Below, one piece after another: positions 15,001 through 28,690 of a DNA stretch of 64,000 nucleotides. Numbering within the stretch: the first letter of the stretch is position 1; each line of letters starts with the position of its first letter. This stretch comes from Eledone cirrhosa (lineage: Eukaryota): positions 442,556,001 through 442,620,000 of the forward strand of contig OZ024740.1 of the NCBI GenBank assembly GCA_964016885.1, given 5' to 3'. The notes below the pieces were generated by a model. The model saw nothing but the letters and a program-made list of their open reading frames with translations. It had not been told where the DNA came from and did not search any database. Both the position numbers and the translations under genes were made by a program.

Positions 15001-18000
15001 GTAGATGAGTGTAGGAGTATAGTGGAGGTGGGTGTAGGAGTATAATGTAGGTGGGTGTAGGAATATAGTGTAGGTGAGTGTAGGAGTATAGTGGAGGTGA
15101 GTGTAGGAGTATAGTGTAGGTGACTGTAGGAGTATAGTGTAGGTGAGTGTAGGAGTATAGTGTAGGTGAGTGTAGGAGTATAGAGTAGGTGAGTGTAGGA
15201 GTATAGTGTAGGTGGGTGTAGGAGTATATTGTAGGTGGGTGTAGGAGTATATTGTAGGTGAGTGTAGAAGTATAGTGGAGGTGAGTATAGGAGTATAGTC
15301 TAGATGAGTGTAGAAATATAGTGTAGGTGAGTGTAGGAGTATAGTGTAGGTGAGTGTAGGAGTTTAGTGTAGGTGAGTGTAGGAGTATAGTGTAGGTGAG
15401 TGTAGGAATATAGTGTAGGTGAATGTAGGAGTATAGTGTAGGTGAGTGTAAGAGTTTAGTGTAGGTGAGTGTAGGAGTTTAGTGTAGGTGAGTGTAGGAG
15501 TTTAGTGTAGGTGAGTGTAGGAATAAACTGTAGGTGAGTGTAGGAGTTTAGTGTAGGTGAGTTTAGGAATATAGTGCAGGTGAGTGTAGGAGTATAGTGT
15601 AGGTGAGTGTAGGAATATAGTGTAGGTGAGTGTAGGAGTATAGTGTAGGTGATTGTAGGAGTATAGTGTAGGTGAGTGTAGGAGTATAGCGTAGGTGAGT
15701 GTAGGAGTTTAGTTTAGGTGAGTGTAGGAGTTTAGTGTAGGTGAGTGTAGGAGTATATTGTAGGTGAGTGTAGGAGTTTAGTGTAGATGAGTGTAGGAAT
15801 ATAGTGTAGGTGAATGTAGGAGTATAGTGTAGCTGAGTGTAGCAATATAGTGTAGGTGAGTGTAGGAGTATAGTGTAGATGAGTCTAGGAGTATAGGTTA
15901 GTTGAGTGTAGGAGTATCTTGTAGGTGAGTGTAGGAGTATAGTGTAGGTGAGTGTAAGAGTATAGTGTAGGTGAGTGTAGGTGTATAGTGTAGGTGAGTT
16001 TAGGAGTATAGTGCAGGTGAGTGTAGGAGTATAGTTTTCGTTTCATTCTAGGAGTATAATTTAGGTGAGTTTAGGACTATCCTTCTAGGTGAGTGTAGAA
16101 GTATAGTAGAGGTGAGTTTAGGAATATAGTGTAGGTGAGTGTAGGAGTATACTGTAGGTGAGTGTAGGAGTATAGTGTAGGTGAGTGTAGGAGTATAGTG
16201 TAGGTGAGTGTAGGAGTATACTGTATGTGAGTGTAGGAATTTAGTGTAGGTGAGTCTAACGAGTTTAGTGTAGGTGAGTGAAGGAGTATAGTGAAGGTGA
16301 GTGTAGGAATATGGTGTAGGTGAGTGTAGGGGTTTAGTGTAGGTGCGTGTAGGAGTATAGTGTAGGTGAGTGTACGAGTATAGTGTAGGTGAGTGTTGGA
16401 GTATAGTGTAGCCGAGTGTAGGAGTACATTGTAGGTGAGTGTAGAAGTATACTGTAAGTGAGTGTATGAGTATAGTGTAGGTGAGTGTAGGAGTATGGTG
16501 TAGATGAGTTTAGGGCTATATTGTAGGTGAGTGTAGGAGTATGGTGTTGGTGCGTGTAGGATTATAGTGTAGCTGAGTGTGGCAGTATAGTTTAGGTGGG
16601 TGTAGGAGTATAGTGTAGGTGAGTGTAGGAGTATAGTGTAGGTGAGTGTAAGAGTATAGTGTAGGTGAGTGTAGGAATATAGTGTAGGAGTATAGTGTAG
16701 GTGAGTAGGAGTATAGCGTAGGTGAGTGTAGGAGTATAGTGTAGGTGAGTGTAGGAATATACTGTAGGGGAGTGTAGGAGTATAGAGTAGGTGAGTGTAG
16801 GAGTATAATGTAGGTTGGTGTAGGAGTATATTGTAGGTGAATGTAGGAGTATAGTGGAGGTGAGTATAGGAGTATAGTGTAGATGAGTGTAGGAATATAG
16901 TGTAGGTCAGTGTAGGAGTATAGTGTAGGTGTGTGTAGGAGTATAATGTAGGTGAGTGTAGGAGTTTAGTGTAGGTGAGTGTAGGAGTTTAGTGTAGGTG
17001 AGTGTAGGAGTTTAGTGTAGGTGAGTGTAAGAGTATACTCTAGATGAATGTAGGAGTTTAGTGTAGGTGAGTGTAGGAATATAGTGTAGGTGAGTGTAGG
17101 AGTATAGTGTAGGTGATTGTAGGAAATATTGTAGGTGAGTGTAGGAGTATAGTGTAGGTGAGTGTAGGAGTATAGCGTAGGTGAGTGTAGGAGTATAGTG
17201 TAGGTGAGTGTAGAAGTATAGTGTAGGTGAGTATAGGAGTATACTGTAGGTGAATGTAGGAGTATAGTGTAGGTGAGTGTAGGAGTATAGTGTAGGTGAG
17301 TGTAGGAGTATAGTGTAGGTGAGTGTAGGAGTATACTGTAGGTGAGTGTAGGAATATAGTGTAGGTGAGTGTAACGAGTTTAGTGTAGGTGAGTGTAGGA
17401 GTATAGTGTAGGTGAGTGTAGGAGTATAATGGAGGTGGGTGTAGGAGTATAGTGTAGGTGAGTGTAGGAGCATAGTGTAGGTGAGTGTAGGAATATGGTG
17501 TAGGTGAGTGTAGGAGTTTGTGTAGGTGTGTGTAGGAGTATAGTATAGGTGAGTGTAGGAGTATAGTGTAGATGAGTGTAGCAGTTTAGTGTAGGTGCCT
17601 GTAGGAGTATAGTGTAGGTGAGTGTACGAGTATAGTGTAGGTGAGTGTAGGAGTATAGTGTAGCCGAGTGTAGGAGTACAGTGTAGGTGAGTGTAGAAGT
17701 ATACTGTAAGTGAGTGTATGAGTATAGTGTAGGTGAGTGTAGGAGTATAGTGTAGGTGAGTGTAGGGCTATATTGTAGATTAGTGTATGAGTATCGTGTT
17801 GGTGATTGTAGGAGTTTAGTGTAGGTGAGTGTAGGAGTATAGTGTAGGTGAGTGTAGGAGTATAGTGGAGGTGGGTGTAGGAGTATAGTGTAGGTGAGTG
17901 TAGGAGCATAGTGTAGGTGAGTGTAAGAGTAAAGTGTAGGTGAGTTAAGGAATATAGTGTAGGAGTATAGCGTAGGTGAGTGTAGGAATATACTGTAGGT

Positions 18001-21000
18001 GAGTGTAGAAGTATGGTGTAGGTGAGTGTAGGAGTTTAGTGTAGGTGAGTGTAGGAATATAGTGTAGGTGAGTGTAGGAGTATAGTGTAGGTGAGTATAG
18101 GAGTATAGTGTAGGTGAGTGTAGGAGTATAGTATAGGTAAGTGTGGGAGTTTAGTGTAGGTGAGTGTAAGAGTATACTGTAGGTAAGTGTAGGAGATTAG
18201 TGTAGGTGAGTTTAGGAATATAGTGCAGGTGAGTGTAGGAGTATAGTGTAGATGAGTGTAGGAATATAGTGTAGGTGAGTGTAGGAGTATAGTGTAGGTG
18301 AGTGTAGGAGTATAGTGTAGGTGAGTGTAGGAAATTGTGTAGGTGAGTGTAGGAGTATCGTGGAGGTGAGTATAGGAGTATAGTGTAGATGAGTGTAGGT
18401 ATATAGTGTAGGTGAGTGTATGAGTATAGTGTAGGTGAGTGTAGGAGTTTAGTGTAGGTGAGTGTAGGAGTTTGGTGTAGGTGAGTGTAGGAGTATACTG
18501 TAGGTAAGTGTAGGAGTTTAGTGTAGATGAGTGTAGGAATATAGTGTAGGTGAATGTAGGAGTATAGTGTAGGTGAGTGTAGCAATATAGTGTAGGTGTG
18601 TGTAGGAGTATAGTGTAGGTCAGTCTAGGAATATAGGTTAGTTGAGTTTAGGATTATCTTGTAGGTGAGTGTAGGAGTATAGTGTAGGTGAGTGTAAGAG
18701 TATAGTGTAGGTGAGTGTAGGTGTATAGTGTAGGTGAGTTTAGGAGTATAGTGCAGGTGAGTGTAGGAGTATAGTTTACGTTTCAGTCTAGGAGTATAAT
18801 TTAGGTGAGTTTAGGACTATCCTTCTAGGTGAGTGTAGAAGTATAGTGTAGGTGAGTTTAGGAATATAGTGTAGGTGAGTGTAGGCGTATACGGTAGGTG
18901 AGTGTAGGAGTATAGTTTAGGTGAGTGTAGGTGTATAGTGTAGGTGAGTTTAGGAGTATAGTGCAGGTGAGTGTAGGTGTATAGTTTAGTTGAGTGTAGG
19001 AGTATAGTGCAGGTGAGTGTAGGTGTATAGTGTAGGTGAGTGTGGGGGTATAGTGTAGGTGAGTTTAGAAGTATAGTGTAGGCGAGTGTAGGAGTATAGT
19101 GTAGGTGAATGTAGGAGTATAGTGTAGGTGAGTGTAGGAGTATAATGTAGGTAAGTGTAGGAGTATAGTGTAGGTGAGTGTAGGTGTATAGTGTAGGTGA
19201 GTGTGGGGGTATAGTGTAGGTGAGTTTAGAAGTATAGTGTAGGCGAGTGTAGGAGTATAGTGTAGGTGAATGTAGGAGTATAGTGTAGGTGAGTGTAGGA
19301 GTATAATGTAGGTAAGTGTAGGAGTATAGTGTAGGTGAGTGTAGGAGTATAGTGTAGGTGAGTGTAAGAATATAGTGTAGGTGAGTGTAACGAGTTTAGT
19401 GTAGGTGAGTGTATGAGTATAGTGTAGGTGAGTGTAGGAATATATTCTAGGTGATTGTTGGAGTATAGTTTAGGTGACTGTAGGAGTTTAGTGTAGGTGC
19501 GTGTAGGAGTATAGTGTAGGTGAGTGTACGAGTATAGTGTAGGTTAGTGTAGGACTATAGTGTAGCCGAGAGTAGGAGTACAGTGTAGGTGAGTGTAGAA
19601 GTATACTGTAAGTGAGTGTATGAGTATAGTGTAGGTGAGTGTAGGAGTATGGTGTAGATGAGTGTAGGGCTATATTGTAGGTGAGTGTAGGAGTATCGTG
19701 TTGGTGCGTGTAGGATTATAGTGTAGCTGAGTGTAGCAGTAGAGTTTAGGTGGGTGTAGCAGTATAGTGTAGGTGAGTGAAGGAATATAGTGTAGGAGTA
19801 TAGTGTAGGTGAGTAGGAGTATAGCGTAGGTGAGTGTAGGAGTATAGTGTAGGTGAGTTGAGGAATATATTGTAGGTGAGTGTAGGACTATAGAGTAGGT
19901 GAGTGTAGGATTATAGTGTAGGTGGGTGTAAGAGTATAATGTAGCTGGGTGTAGGAGTATATTGTAGTTGAGTGTAGGAGTATAGTGGAGGTGGGTGTAG
20001 GAGTATAATGTAGGTGGGTGTAGGACTATAGTGTAGGTGAGTGTAGGAGTATAGTGGAGGTGAGTATAGGAGTATAGTGTAGATGAGTGTAGGAATATAG
20101 TGTAGGTGAGTGTAGGAGTATAGTGTAGGTGTGTGTAGGAGTTTAGTGTAGGTGAGTGTAGGAGTATAGTGTAGGTGAGTGTAGGAGTTTAGTGTAGGTG
20201 AGTGTAGGAATATAGTGTAGGTGAGTGTAGGAGTACAGTGTAGGTGAGTGTAGGAAATAGTGTAGGTGAGTGTAGGAGTATAGTGGAGGTGAGTGTAGGA
20301 GTATAGTGTAGGTGAGTATAGGAGTATAGTGTAGGGGAGTGTAGGAGTATAGTGTAGGTGAGTGTAGGAATTTAGTGTAGGTGAGTGTAGGAGTTTAGTG
20401 TAGGTGAGTGTAGGAGTATACTGTAGGTGAATGTAGGAGTTTAGTGTAGATGAGTGTAGGAATATAGTGTAGGTGAGTGTAGGAGTTTAGTGTAGGTGAG
20501 TGTAGGAATATAGTGTAGGTGAGTGTAGGAGTATAGTGTAGGTGAATGTAGGAGTATAGTGTAGGTGAGTGTAGCAATATAGTGTAGGTGAGTGTAGGAG
20601 TATAGTGTAGGTGAGTGTAAGAGTATAGTGTAGATGAGTGTAGGAGTATAGTGTAGCTGAGTGTAGGAGCTTAGTGTAGGTAAGTGTAGGAGTATACTGT
20701 AGGTGAGTGTAACTGTATAGTGTAGGTGAGTGTAGGAGTATAGTGTAGGTGAGTGTAGGAGCATAGTGTAGGTGAGTGTAGGAGTATACTGTAGGTGAGT
20801 GTAACTGTATAGTGTAGGTGAGTGTAGGAGTATAGTGTAGGTGAGTGTAGGAGTATAGTGTAGGTGAGTGTAGGAGTTTAGTGGAGGTGGGTGTAGGAGT
20901 ATAATGTAGGTGGGTGTAGGAATATAGTGTAGGTGAGTGTAGGAGTATAGTGGAGGTGAGTGTAGGAGTATAGTGTAGGTGACTGTAGGAGTATAGTGTA

Positions 21001-24000
21001 GGTGAGTGTAGGAGTATAGTGTAGGTGAGTGTAGGAGTATAGAGTAGGTGAGTGTAGGAGTATAGTGTAGGTGGGTGTAGGAGTATATTGTAGGTGGGTG
21101 TAGGAGTATATTGTAGGTGAGTGTAGAAGTATAGTGGAGGTGAGTATAGTAGTATATTCTAGATGAGTGTAGAAATATAGTGTAGGTGAGTGTAGGAGTA
21201 TAGTGTAGGTGAGTGTAGGAGTTTAGTGTAGGTGAGTGTAGGAGTATAGTGTAGGTGAGTGTAGGAATATAGTGTAGGTGAGTGTAGGAGTATAGTGTAG
21301 GTGAGTATAGGAGTTTAGTGTAGGTGAGTGTAGGAGTTTAGTGTAGGTGAGTGCAGGAGTATAGTGTAGGTGAGTGTAGGAATATAGTGTAGGTGAGTGT
21401 AGGAGTTTAGTGTAGGTGAGTGTAGGAATATAGTGTAGGTGAGTGTAGGAATATAGTGTAGGTGAGTGTAGGAGTATAGTGTAGGTGAGTGTAGGAGTTT
21501 AGTGTAGGTGAGTGTAGGAATAAACTGTAGGTGAGTGTAGGAGTTTAGTGTAGGTGAGTTTAGGAATATAGTGCAGGTGAGTGTAGGAGTATAGTGTAGG
21601 TGAGTGTAGGAATATAGTGTAGGTGAGTGTAGGAGTATAGTGTAGGTGATTGTAGGAGTATTGTGTAGGTGAGTGTAGGAAATAGTGTAGGTGAGTGTAG
21701 GAGTATAGTGTAGGTGAGTGTAGGAGTATAGTGTAGGTGAGTATAGGAGTATAGTGTAGGTGAGTGTAGGAGTATAGTGTAGTTGAGTGTAGGAGTTTAG
21801 TTTAGGTGAGTGTAGCAGTTTAGTGTAGGTGAGTGTAGGAGTATACTGTAGGTGAGTGTAGGAGTTTAGTGTAGATGAGTGTAGGAATATAGTGTAAGTG
21901 AATGTAGGAGTATAGTGTAGCTGAGTGTAGCAATATAGTGTAGGTGAGTGTAGGAGTATAGTGTAGATGAGTCTAGGAGTATAGGTTAGTTGAGTGTAGG
22001 AGTATCTTGTAGGTGAGTGTATGAGTATAGTGTAGGTGTGTGTAAGAGTATAGTGTAGGTGAGTGTAGGTGTATAGTGTAGGTGAGTTTAGGAGTATAGT
22101 GCAGGTGAGTGTAGGAGTATAGTTTTCGTTTCAGTCTAGGAGTATAATTTAGGTGAGTTTAGGACTATCCTTCTAGGTGAGTGTAGAAGTATAGTGGAGA
22201 TGAGTTTAGGAATATAGTGTAGGTGAGTGTAGGAGTATATGTAGGTGAGTGTAGGAGTATAGTGTAGGTGAGTGTAGGAGTATAGTGTAGGTGAGTGTAG
22301 GAGTATACTGTATGTGAGTGTAGGAATTTAGTGTAGGTGAGTCTAACGAGTTTACTGTAGGTGAGTGAAGGAGTATAGTGAAGGTTAGTGTAGGAATATG
22401 GTGTAGGTGAGTGTAGGGGTTTAGTGTAGGTGCGTGTAGGAGTATAGTGTAGGTGAGTGTACGAGTATAGTGTAGGTGAGTGTAGGAGTATAGTGTAGCC
22501 GAGTGTAGGAGTACAGTGTAGGTGAGTTTAGAAGTATACTGTAAGTGAGTGTATGAGTATAGTGTAGGTGAGTGTACTAGTATGGTGTAGATGAGTTTAG
22601 GGCTATATTGTAGGTGAGTGTAGGAGTATTGGGTTGGTGCGTGTAGGATTATAGTGTAGCTGAGTGTAGCAGTATAGTTTAGGTGGGTGTAGGAGTATAG
22701 TGTAGGTGAGTGTAGGAGTATAGTGTAGGTGAGTGTAAGAGTATAGTGTAGGTGAGTGAAGGAATATAGTGTAGGTGTATAGTGTAGGTGAGTAGGAGTA
22801 TAGCGTAGGTGAGTGTAGGAGTATAGTGTAGGTGAGTGTAGGAATATACTGTAGGGGAGTGTAGGAGTATAGAGTAGGTGAGTGTAGGAGTATAGTGTAG
22901 GTGGGTGTAGGAGTATAATGTAGGTTGGTGTAGGAGTATATTGTAGGTGAATGTAGGAGTATAGTGGAGGTGAGTATAGGAGTATAGTGTAGATGAGTGT
23001 AGGAATACAGTGTAGGTGAGAGTAGGAGTAGAGTGTAGGTGTGTGTAGGAGTATAATGTAGGTGAGTGTAGGAGTTTAGTGTAGGTGAGTGTAGGAGTAT
23101 AGTGTAGGTGAGTGTAGGAATATAGTGTTGGTGATTGTAGCAGTTTAGTGTAGGTGAGTGTAGGAGTTTAGTGTAGGTGAGTGTAAGAGTATACTCTAGA
23201 TGAATGTAGGAGTTTAGTGTAGGTGAGTGTAGGAATATAGTGTAGGTGAGTGTAGGAGTATAGTGTAGGTGATTGTAGGAAATATTGTAGGTGAGTGTAG
23301 GAGTATAGTGTAGGTGAGTTTAGGAGTATAGTGTAGGTGAGTATAGGAGTATAGTGTAGGTGAGTGTAGGTGTATAGTCTAGATGAGTGTAGGAATTTAG
23401 TGTAGGTGAGTGTAGGAGTTTAGTGTAGGTGAGTGTAGGAGTATGCTGTAGGTGAGTGTAGGAGTTTAGTGTAGATGAGTGTAGGAATATAGTGTAGGTG
23501 AGTGTAGCAATATAGTGTAGGTGAGTGTAGGAGTATAGTGTAGGTGAGTGTAGGAGTATAGTGTAGGTGAGTGTAGGAGTATAGTGTAGGTGAGTGTAGG
23601 AGTATAGTGTAGGTGAGTGTAGGAGTATACTGTAGGTGAGTGTAACTGTATAGTGTAGGTGAGTGTAGGAGTATAGTGTAGGTGAGTGTAGGAATACAGT
23701 GTAGCTGAGTGTAGGAATATAGTGTAGGTGAGTGTGGGAGTATAGTGTAGGTGAGTGTAGGAGTATAGTGTAGGTGAGTGTAGGAGCTTAGTGTAGGTGA
23801 GTGTAGGAATATACTGTAGGTGAGTGTAACTGTATAGTGTAGGTGAGTCTAGGAGTATAGTGTAGGTGAGTGTAGGAGTATAGTGTAGGTGAGTTTAGGA
23901 GATTATTTATAATGTGAGTGTAGGAGAATAGTGTAGGTGAGTGTAGGAGTTTAGTGTAGGTGAGTGTAGGAGTTTAGTGTAGCTGAGTGTAAGAGTTTAG

Positions 24001-25380
24001 TGTAGGTGAGTATAGGAGTTTAGTGTAGGTGAGTGTAGGAGTATAATGTAGGTGAGTGTAGGAGTATAGTGAGGGTGAGTGTAGGAGTATAGTGTAGGTG
24101 AGTGTCGGAGTATAGTGTAGGTGAATGTAGGAGTATAGTGTAGGTGAGTGTAGGTGTATAGTGTAGGTGAGTGTAGGAGTATAGTGTAGGTGAGTGTAAC
24201 TGTATAGTGTAGGTGAGTGTAGGAGTATAGTGTAGGTGAGTATAGGAGTATAGTGTAGGTGAGTGTAGGAGTTTAGTTTAGGTGAGTATAGGAGTTTAGT
24301 GTAGGTGAGTGTAGGAGTATAGTGTAGGTGAGTGTAGGAGTATAGTGTAGGTGAGTGTAGGAGTATAGTGTAGGTGAGTGTAAGAGTTTAGTGTAGGTGA
24401 GTATAGGAGTTTAGTTTAGGTGAGTGTAGGAGTTTAGTGTAGGTGAGTGTAACTATATAGTGTAGGTGAGTGTAGGAGTATAGTGTAGGTGAGTTTAGGA
24501 GCTAATTTTATAATGTGAGTGTAGGAGAATAGTGTAGGTGAGTGTAGGAGTTTAGTGTAGGTGAGTGTAGGAGTTTAGTGTAGGTGAGTGTAGGAGTATA
24601 GTGTAGGTGAGTGTAGGAGTTTAGTGTAGGTGTGTGTAGGAGTATAGTGTAGGTGAGTGTAGCAATATAGTGTAGGTGAGTGTTGGAGTATAGCGTAGCT
24701 GAGTGTAGGAGTATAGTGTAGGTGAGTGTAGCAGTTTAGTGTAGGTGTGTGTAGGAGTATAGTGTAGGTGAGCGTAGGAGTTTAGTGTAGGTGAGTATAG
24801 GAGTTTAGTGTAGGTGAGTGTAGGAGTATAGTGTAGGTGAGTGTAGGAGTATAGTGTAGGTGAGTGTAGGAGTATAGTGTAGGTGAGCGTAGGAGTTTAG
24901 TGTAGGTGAGTATAGGAGGTTAGTGTAGGTGAGTGTAGGAGTATAGTGTAGGTGAGTGTAGGAGTATAGTGTAGGTGAGTGTAGCAGTTTAGTGTAGGTG
25001 AGTATAGGAGTTTAGTGTAGGTGAGTGTAGGAGTATAGTGTAGGTGAGTGTAGGAGTATAGTGTAGGTGAGTGTAGGAGTATAGTGTAGGTGAGTGTAGG
25101 AGTTTAGTGTAGGTGTGTGTAGGAGTATAGTGTAGGTGAGTGTAGGAGTATAGTGTAGGTGAGTGTAGGAGTTTAGTGTAGGTGAGTGTAGGAGTATAGT
25201 GTAGGTGAGTGTAGGAGTATAGTGTAGGTGAGTGTAGGAGTATAGTGTAGGTGAATGTAGGAGTTTAGTGTAGGTGAGTGTAGGAGTATAGTGTAGGTGA
25301 GTGTAGGAGTATAGTGTAGGTGAGTGTAGGAGTATAGTGTAGGTGTGTGTAGGAGTTTAGTGTAGGTGAGTGTAGGAGTA
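1..25380 (+). repeat. 23-bp satellite array, consensus GTAGGTGAGTGTAGGAGTATAGT (~1100 units; continues off the left edge)
   Basis: Continuous tandem 23-mer made of two related sub-units (GTAGGTGAGT + GTAGGAGTATAGT). It ends abruptly at 25380. Minus-strand ORFs in this interval are its 23-aa periodic translation. Confidence 0.98.
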
Positions 25381-25461
25381 TCTCTATAAGCTCCCGATCC
25401 TCTGCTGTTATTGTCTTGCTGCGATGTATTCACCTACCAACACACTTACTCGGAGGTATTT

Positions 25462-27220
25462 ACTCTCACACACTCTCTCCCTCACACACACTTCCTCTAT
25501 CACACACGGTCTCTCACACACACTCTCACACACACACACACTCTCTCTCTCACTCACACACTTCCTCTCTCACACACGCTCTCTCACACACACACTTCCT
25601 CTATCACACACAATCTCTCACACACACACTCTCTCTCTCACACACACACTTCCTCTATCTTACTTTCTCTCTCACACACTCTCTCACACACACACTTCCT
25701 CTATCACACTTTCTCTCTCACACACATACACTTCCTCTATCCCACACACTCTCTCACACACACACTCTCTCTCTCACTCACACACTTCCTCTCTTATACA
25801 CGCTCTCACACATACACTTCCTCTATCACACACAATCTCTCACACACACACTCTCTCTCTCACACACACACTTCCTCTATCACACACTCTCTCTCACACA
25901 CACACTCTCTCTCTCACACACACACTTCCTCTATCACACTTTCTCTCTCACACACACACTTCCTCTATCACACACTCTCTCTCTCACACACACTTCCTCT
26001 ATCACACACACTCTCTCACACACACACTCTCTCTCTCACACACACACTTCCTCTATCACACTTTCTCTCTCACACACATACTTCCTCTATCACACTCTTT
26101 ATCTCACACATACACTTCCTCGATCACACTCTCTCTCTCTCACACACTTCCTCTCTCACACACACACTTCCTCTATCCCACTTTCTCTCTCACACACACA
26201 CTCCCTCTATCACACACGCTCTCTCACACACACACTCCCTCTATCATACACACTCTCTCACACACACACTCCCTCTATCACACACACTCTCTCACACACA
26301 CACTCTCTCTATCACACTTTCTCTCTCACACACACACTCTCTCTATCACACACACTCTCTCACACACACACTCCCTCTATCACACACACTCTCTCACACA
26401 CACACTCCCTCTATCATACACACTCTCTCACACACACACTCCCTCTATCACACACACTCTCTCACACACACACTCTCTCTATCACACACACTCTCTCACA
26501 CACACACTCCCTCTATCACACACACTCTCTCACACACACACTCCCTCTATCACACACACTCTCTCACACACACACTCCCTCTATCATACACACTCTCTCA
26601 CACACACACTCCCTCTATCACACACACTCTCTCACACACACACTCTCTCTATCACACATATTCTCTCACACACACTCTCTTTGACACACACTCTCTCTCT
26701 CACACACACACACACTCTCTCACACCCACACTCACACACATTCTCTCTATCAAACACACACTCTCTCTATCACAAACTCTCTCTCACACCCACTCTCACA
26801 TACACTGCTTCTATCACACACACTCTCTCACACACACACATTCCCTCTATCACACACACTCCCTCTCTCACACCCACTCTCACATACATTGCTTCTATCA
26901 CACACACTCTCTCCCACACACACTCTCTCTATCACACACAGACTCCCTCTATCACACACACTCTGTCACTCACACACTTTCTCACACACATACTCTCTCT
27001 ATCACACACAAACTCTTTCTCACACACACTCGTTCACACATTCTCTCTCTCTCACATACGCAATCTCACTCTCTCCCTCTCCCACAAATACTCCCTTTCT
27101 GTCACGCACACACACTCTCTCTCTCATACACGCAGACAAACACACACACACTCTCTTACACACATACACACTCTCTCTCACTCACACACCCTCTCACACA
27201 CATTCTCTCTCACACACTTA

Positions 27221-27265
<45 letters not shown>

Positions 27266-27300
27266 AAACCCTCTCACACACATTCTCTCTCACACACTTA

Positions 27301-27345
<45 letters not shown>

Positions 27346-27412
27346 ACACACACACTCTATCACACACAAATATGCATCACACACAAATATGCACTGACAC
27401 ACACACACACAC
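25462..27412 (+). repeat. CA/CT compound micro/minisatellite (~32-bp unit CACACACACTCCCTCTATCACACACACTCTCT)
   Basis: Nearly G-free tract. CACTTCCTCTATCAC / CACTCCCTCTATCAC recurs; spacing is most regular at ~26200-26650. Confidence 0.93.
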
Positions 27413-27489
27413 ATGCACAACCTTTCCAACTCCATCCTCTACATCCACCATGGAAGCAGCAGAAGTTTCCCTGCAGTTCACTTTCTCAT

Positions 27490-27493
<4 letters not shown>

Positions 27494-27571
<78 letters not shown>

Positions 27572-27625
27572 CTCCCTCTCTATCTCTCTCTCTCTCTCGC
27601 TCTCCATCTCTCCCCCTCTCTCTAT
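27494..27625 (+). repeat. (CT)n microsatellite
   Basis: Direct reading. Confidence 0.97.
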
Positions 27626-28469
27626 CCCTCTATTTCTCTTTCTTTTACCTCTATTTCCCATTCACCTTTTAACTTTTAACCAGACCTTCTGGTTGTTTAC
27701 CAAAAGACATTTCCCCAACTTTGTAGAATGTCTGTCTCATCTGTTACTACTCCGAAGATGGCATTGGGAGGAAACCCTCCATCCTGGTTAGCCATGAAAT
27801 TTAGAAAACCACTTTCAATCGCACAAACAAGCAGATCATTGAAATACACGTGTTTGAATAAAATACTAAATATATTGAACCTCCATTTCTGATATCTGTG
27901 AGATCAACTCTACTTCAACACTAATGTCAAGGAAAACACTATACGGGAGAGATCAACGACATTTAGCTTGTCAAATGTAACAAACTAACGACATGTTTGT
28001 TTTTTAATTCCCTTGTTGAAATCGTTCAATGTCATATCAATAACCTACATTAAGTGATATCTTCATAAATATCGATATCTTTGTTAGATAGAAAGCTCAG
28101 ATTAGACACAATGTAGAGTACTAGTCCTACATCTGTTGTCGCCATTTATACAGATACTTCAGCGGCCTCCCTTCCTCACGTATGGCCACTCAATACCTCG
28201 TATCACCACTCAATTACCTTTAACTTACATGTCTCTCTCATTCTTGTCATCTATATTGTGTTCACCCACCCAATAACCTCAACTATGAACACATCATGTG
28301 GCTTCCATGGAACAGCAAAGCCCACCCTTTCCTTCAGGTCAAATCATTAGAACAACATAAAAATAGGGAAGTTCTAGATGAGCCCCGAATTCTGCAAATT
28401 AGTTTTCATTCTTGATTGTATCTATTTCAGTAAATCTGCTAAAGACCTGGGTATGACTGCAACAACCTC

Positions 28470-28690
28470 TGACCCCACCCTCTAAAGGTAAAGAATCCCC
28501 ACCTTCGGTCACGAATAACCATGGGAACGTTTCGCTTCCAAGGCACAAGTTCGGGCAAGGTGTCTTTGTAGAAAACCAGATGTCACCTATACATATCAGA
28601 CTCCTTTCTCCACGTCACCGATGTTGTTCAAGGGAAAGGCAATGGCTAATACAGCTTTGCACCAATGATGTCGCAACTCATTTCTACAGA
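28470..28690 (-). mobile_element. 3' part of a tRNA-derived SINE (same family as 58755-59195)
   Basis: Shares GATGTT..CAAG.GAAAGGCAATGGCT.ATACAGCTT.GCACCA.TGA.GTCGCAACTCATTTCTACAG with the copy at ~58990-59056. Confidence 0.7.

Noticed and set aside
1-25380. Telomeric repeat or CRISPR array interpretation
   Set aside because: No (TTAGGG)n, and the G-rich strand points into the window rather than toward the left end. No unique spacers and no cas genes; the context is eukaryotic.
11006-25433. Minus-strand ORFs (LLHSPTLYSYTHLHYTPTLTYTI)n
   Set aside because: The satellite consensus lacks stops on this strand in all frames; the ORFs are periodic translations broken at random by variants.
25411-27791. 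753/657/422/300-aa His/Thr/Leu/Ser ORFs
   Set aside because: All three frames are open because the CA/CT tract can hardly form stop codons; no sign of real coding.
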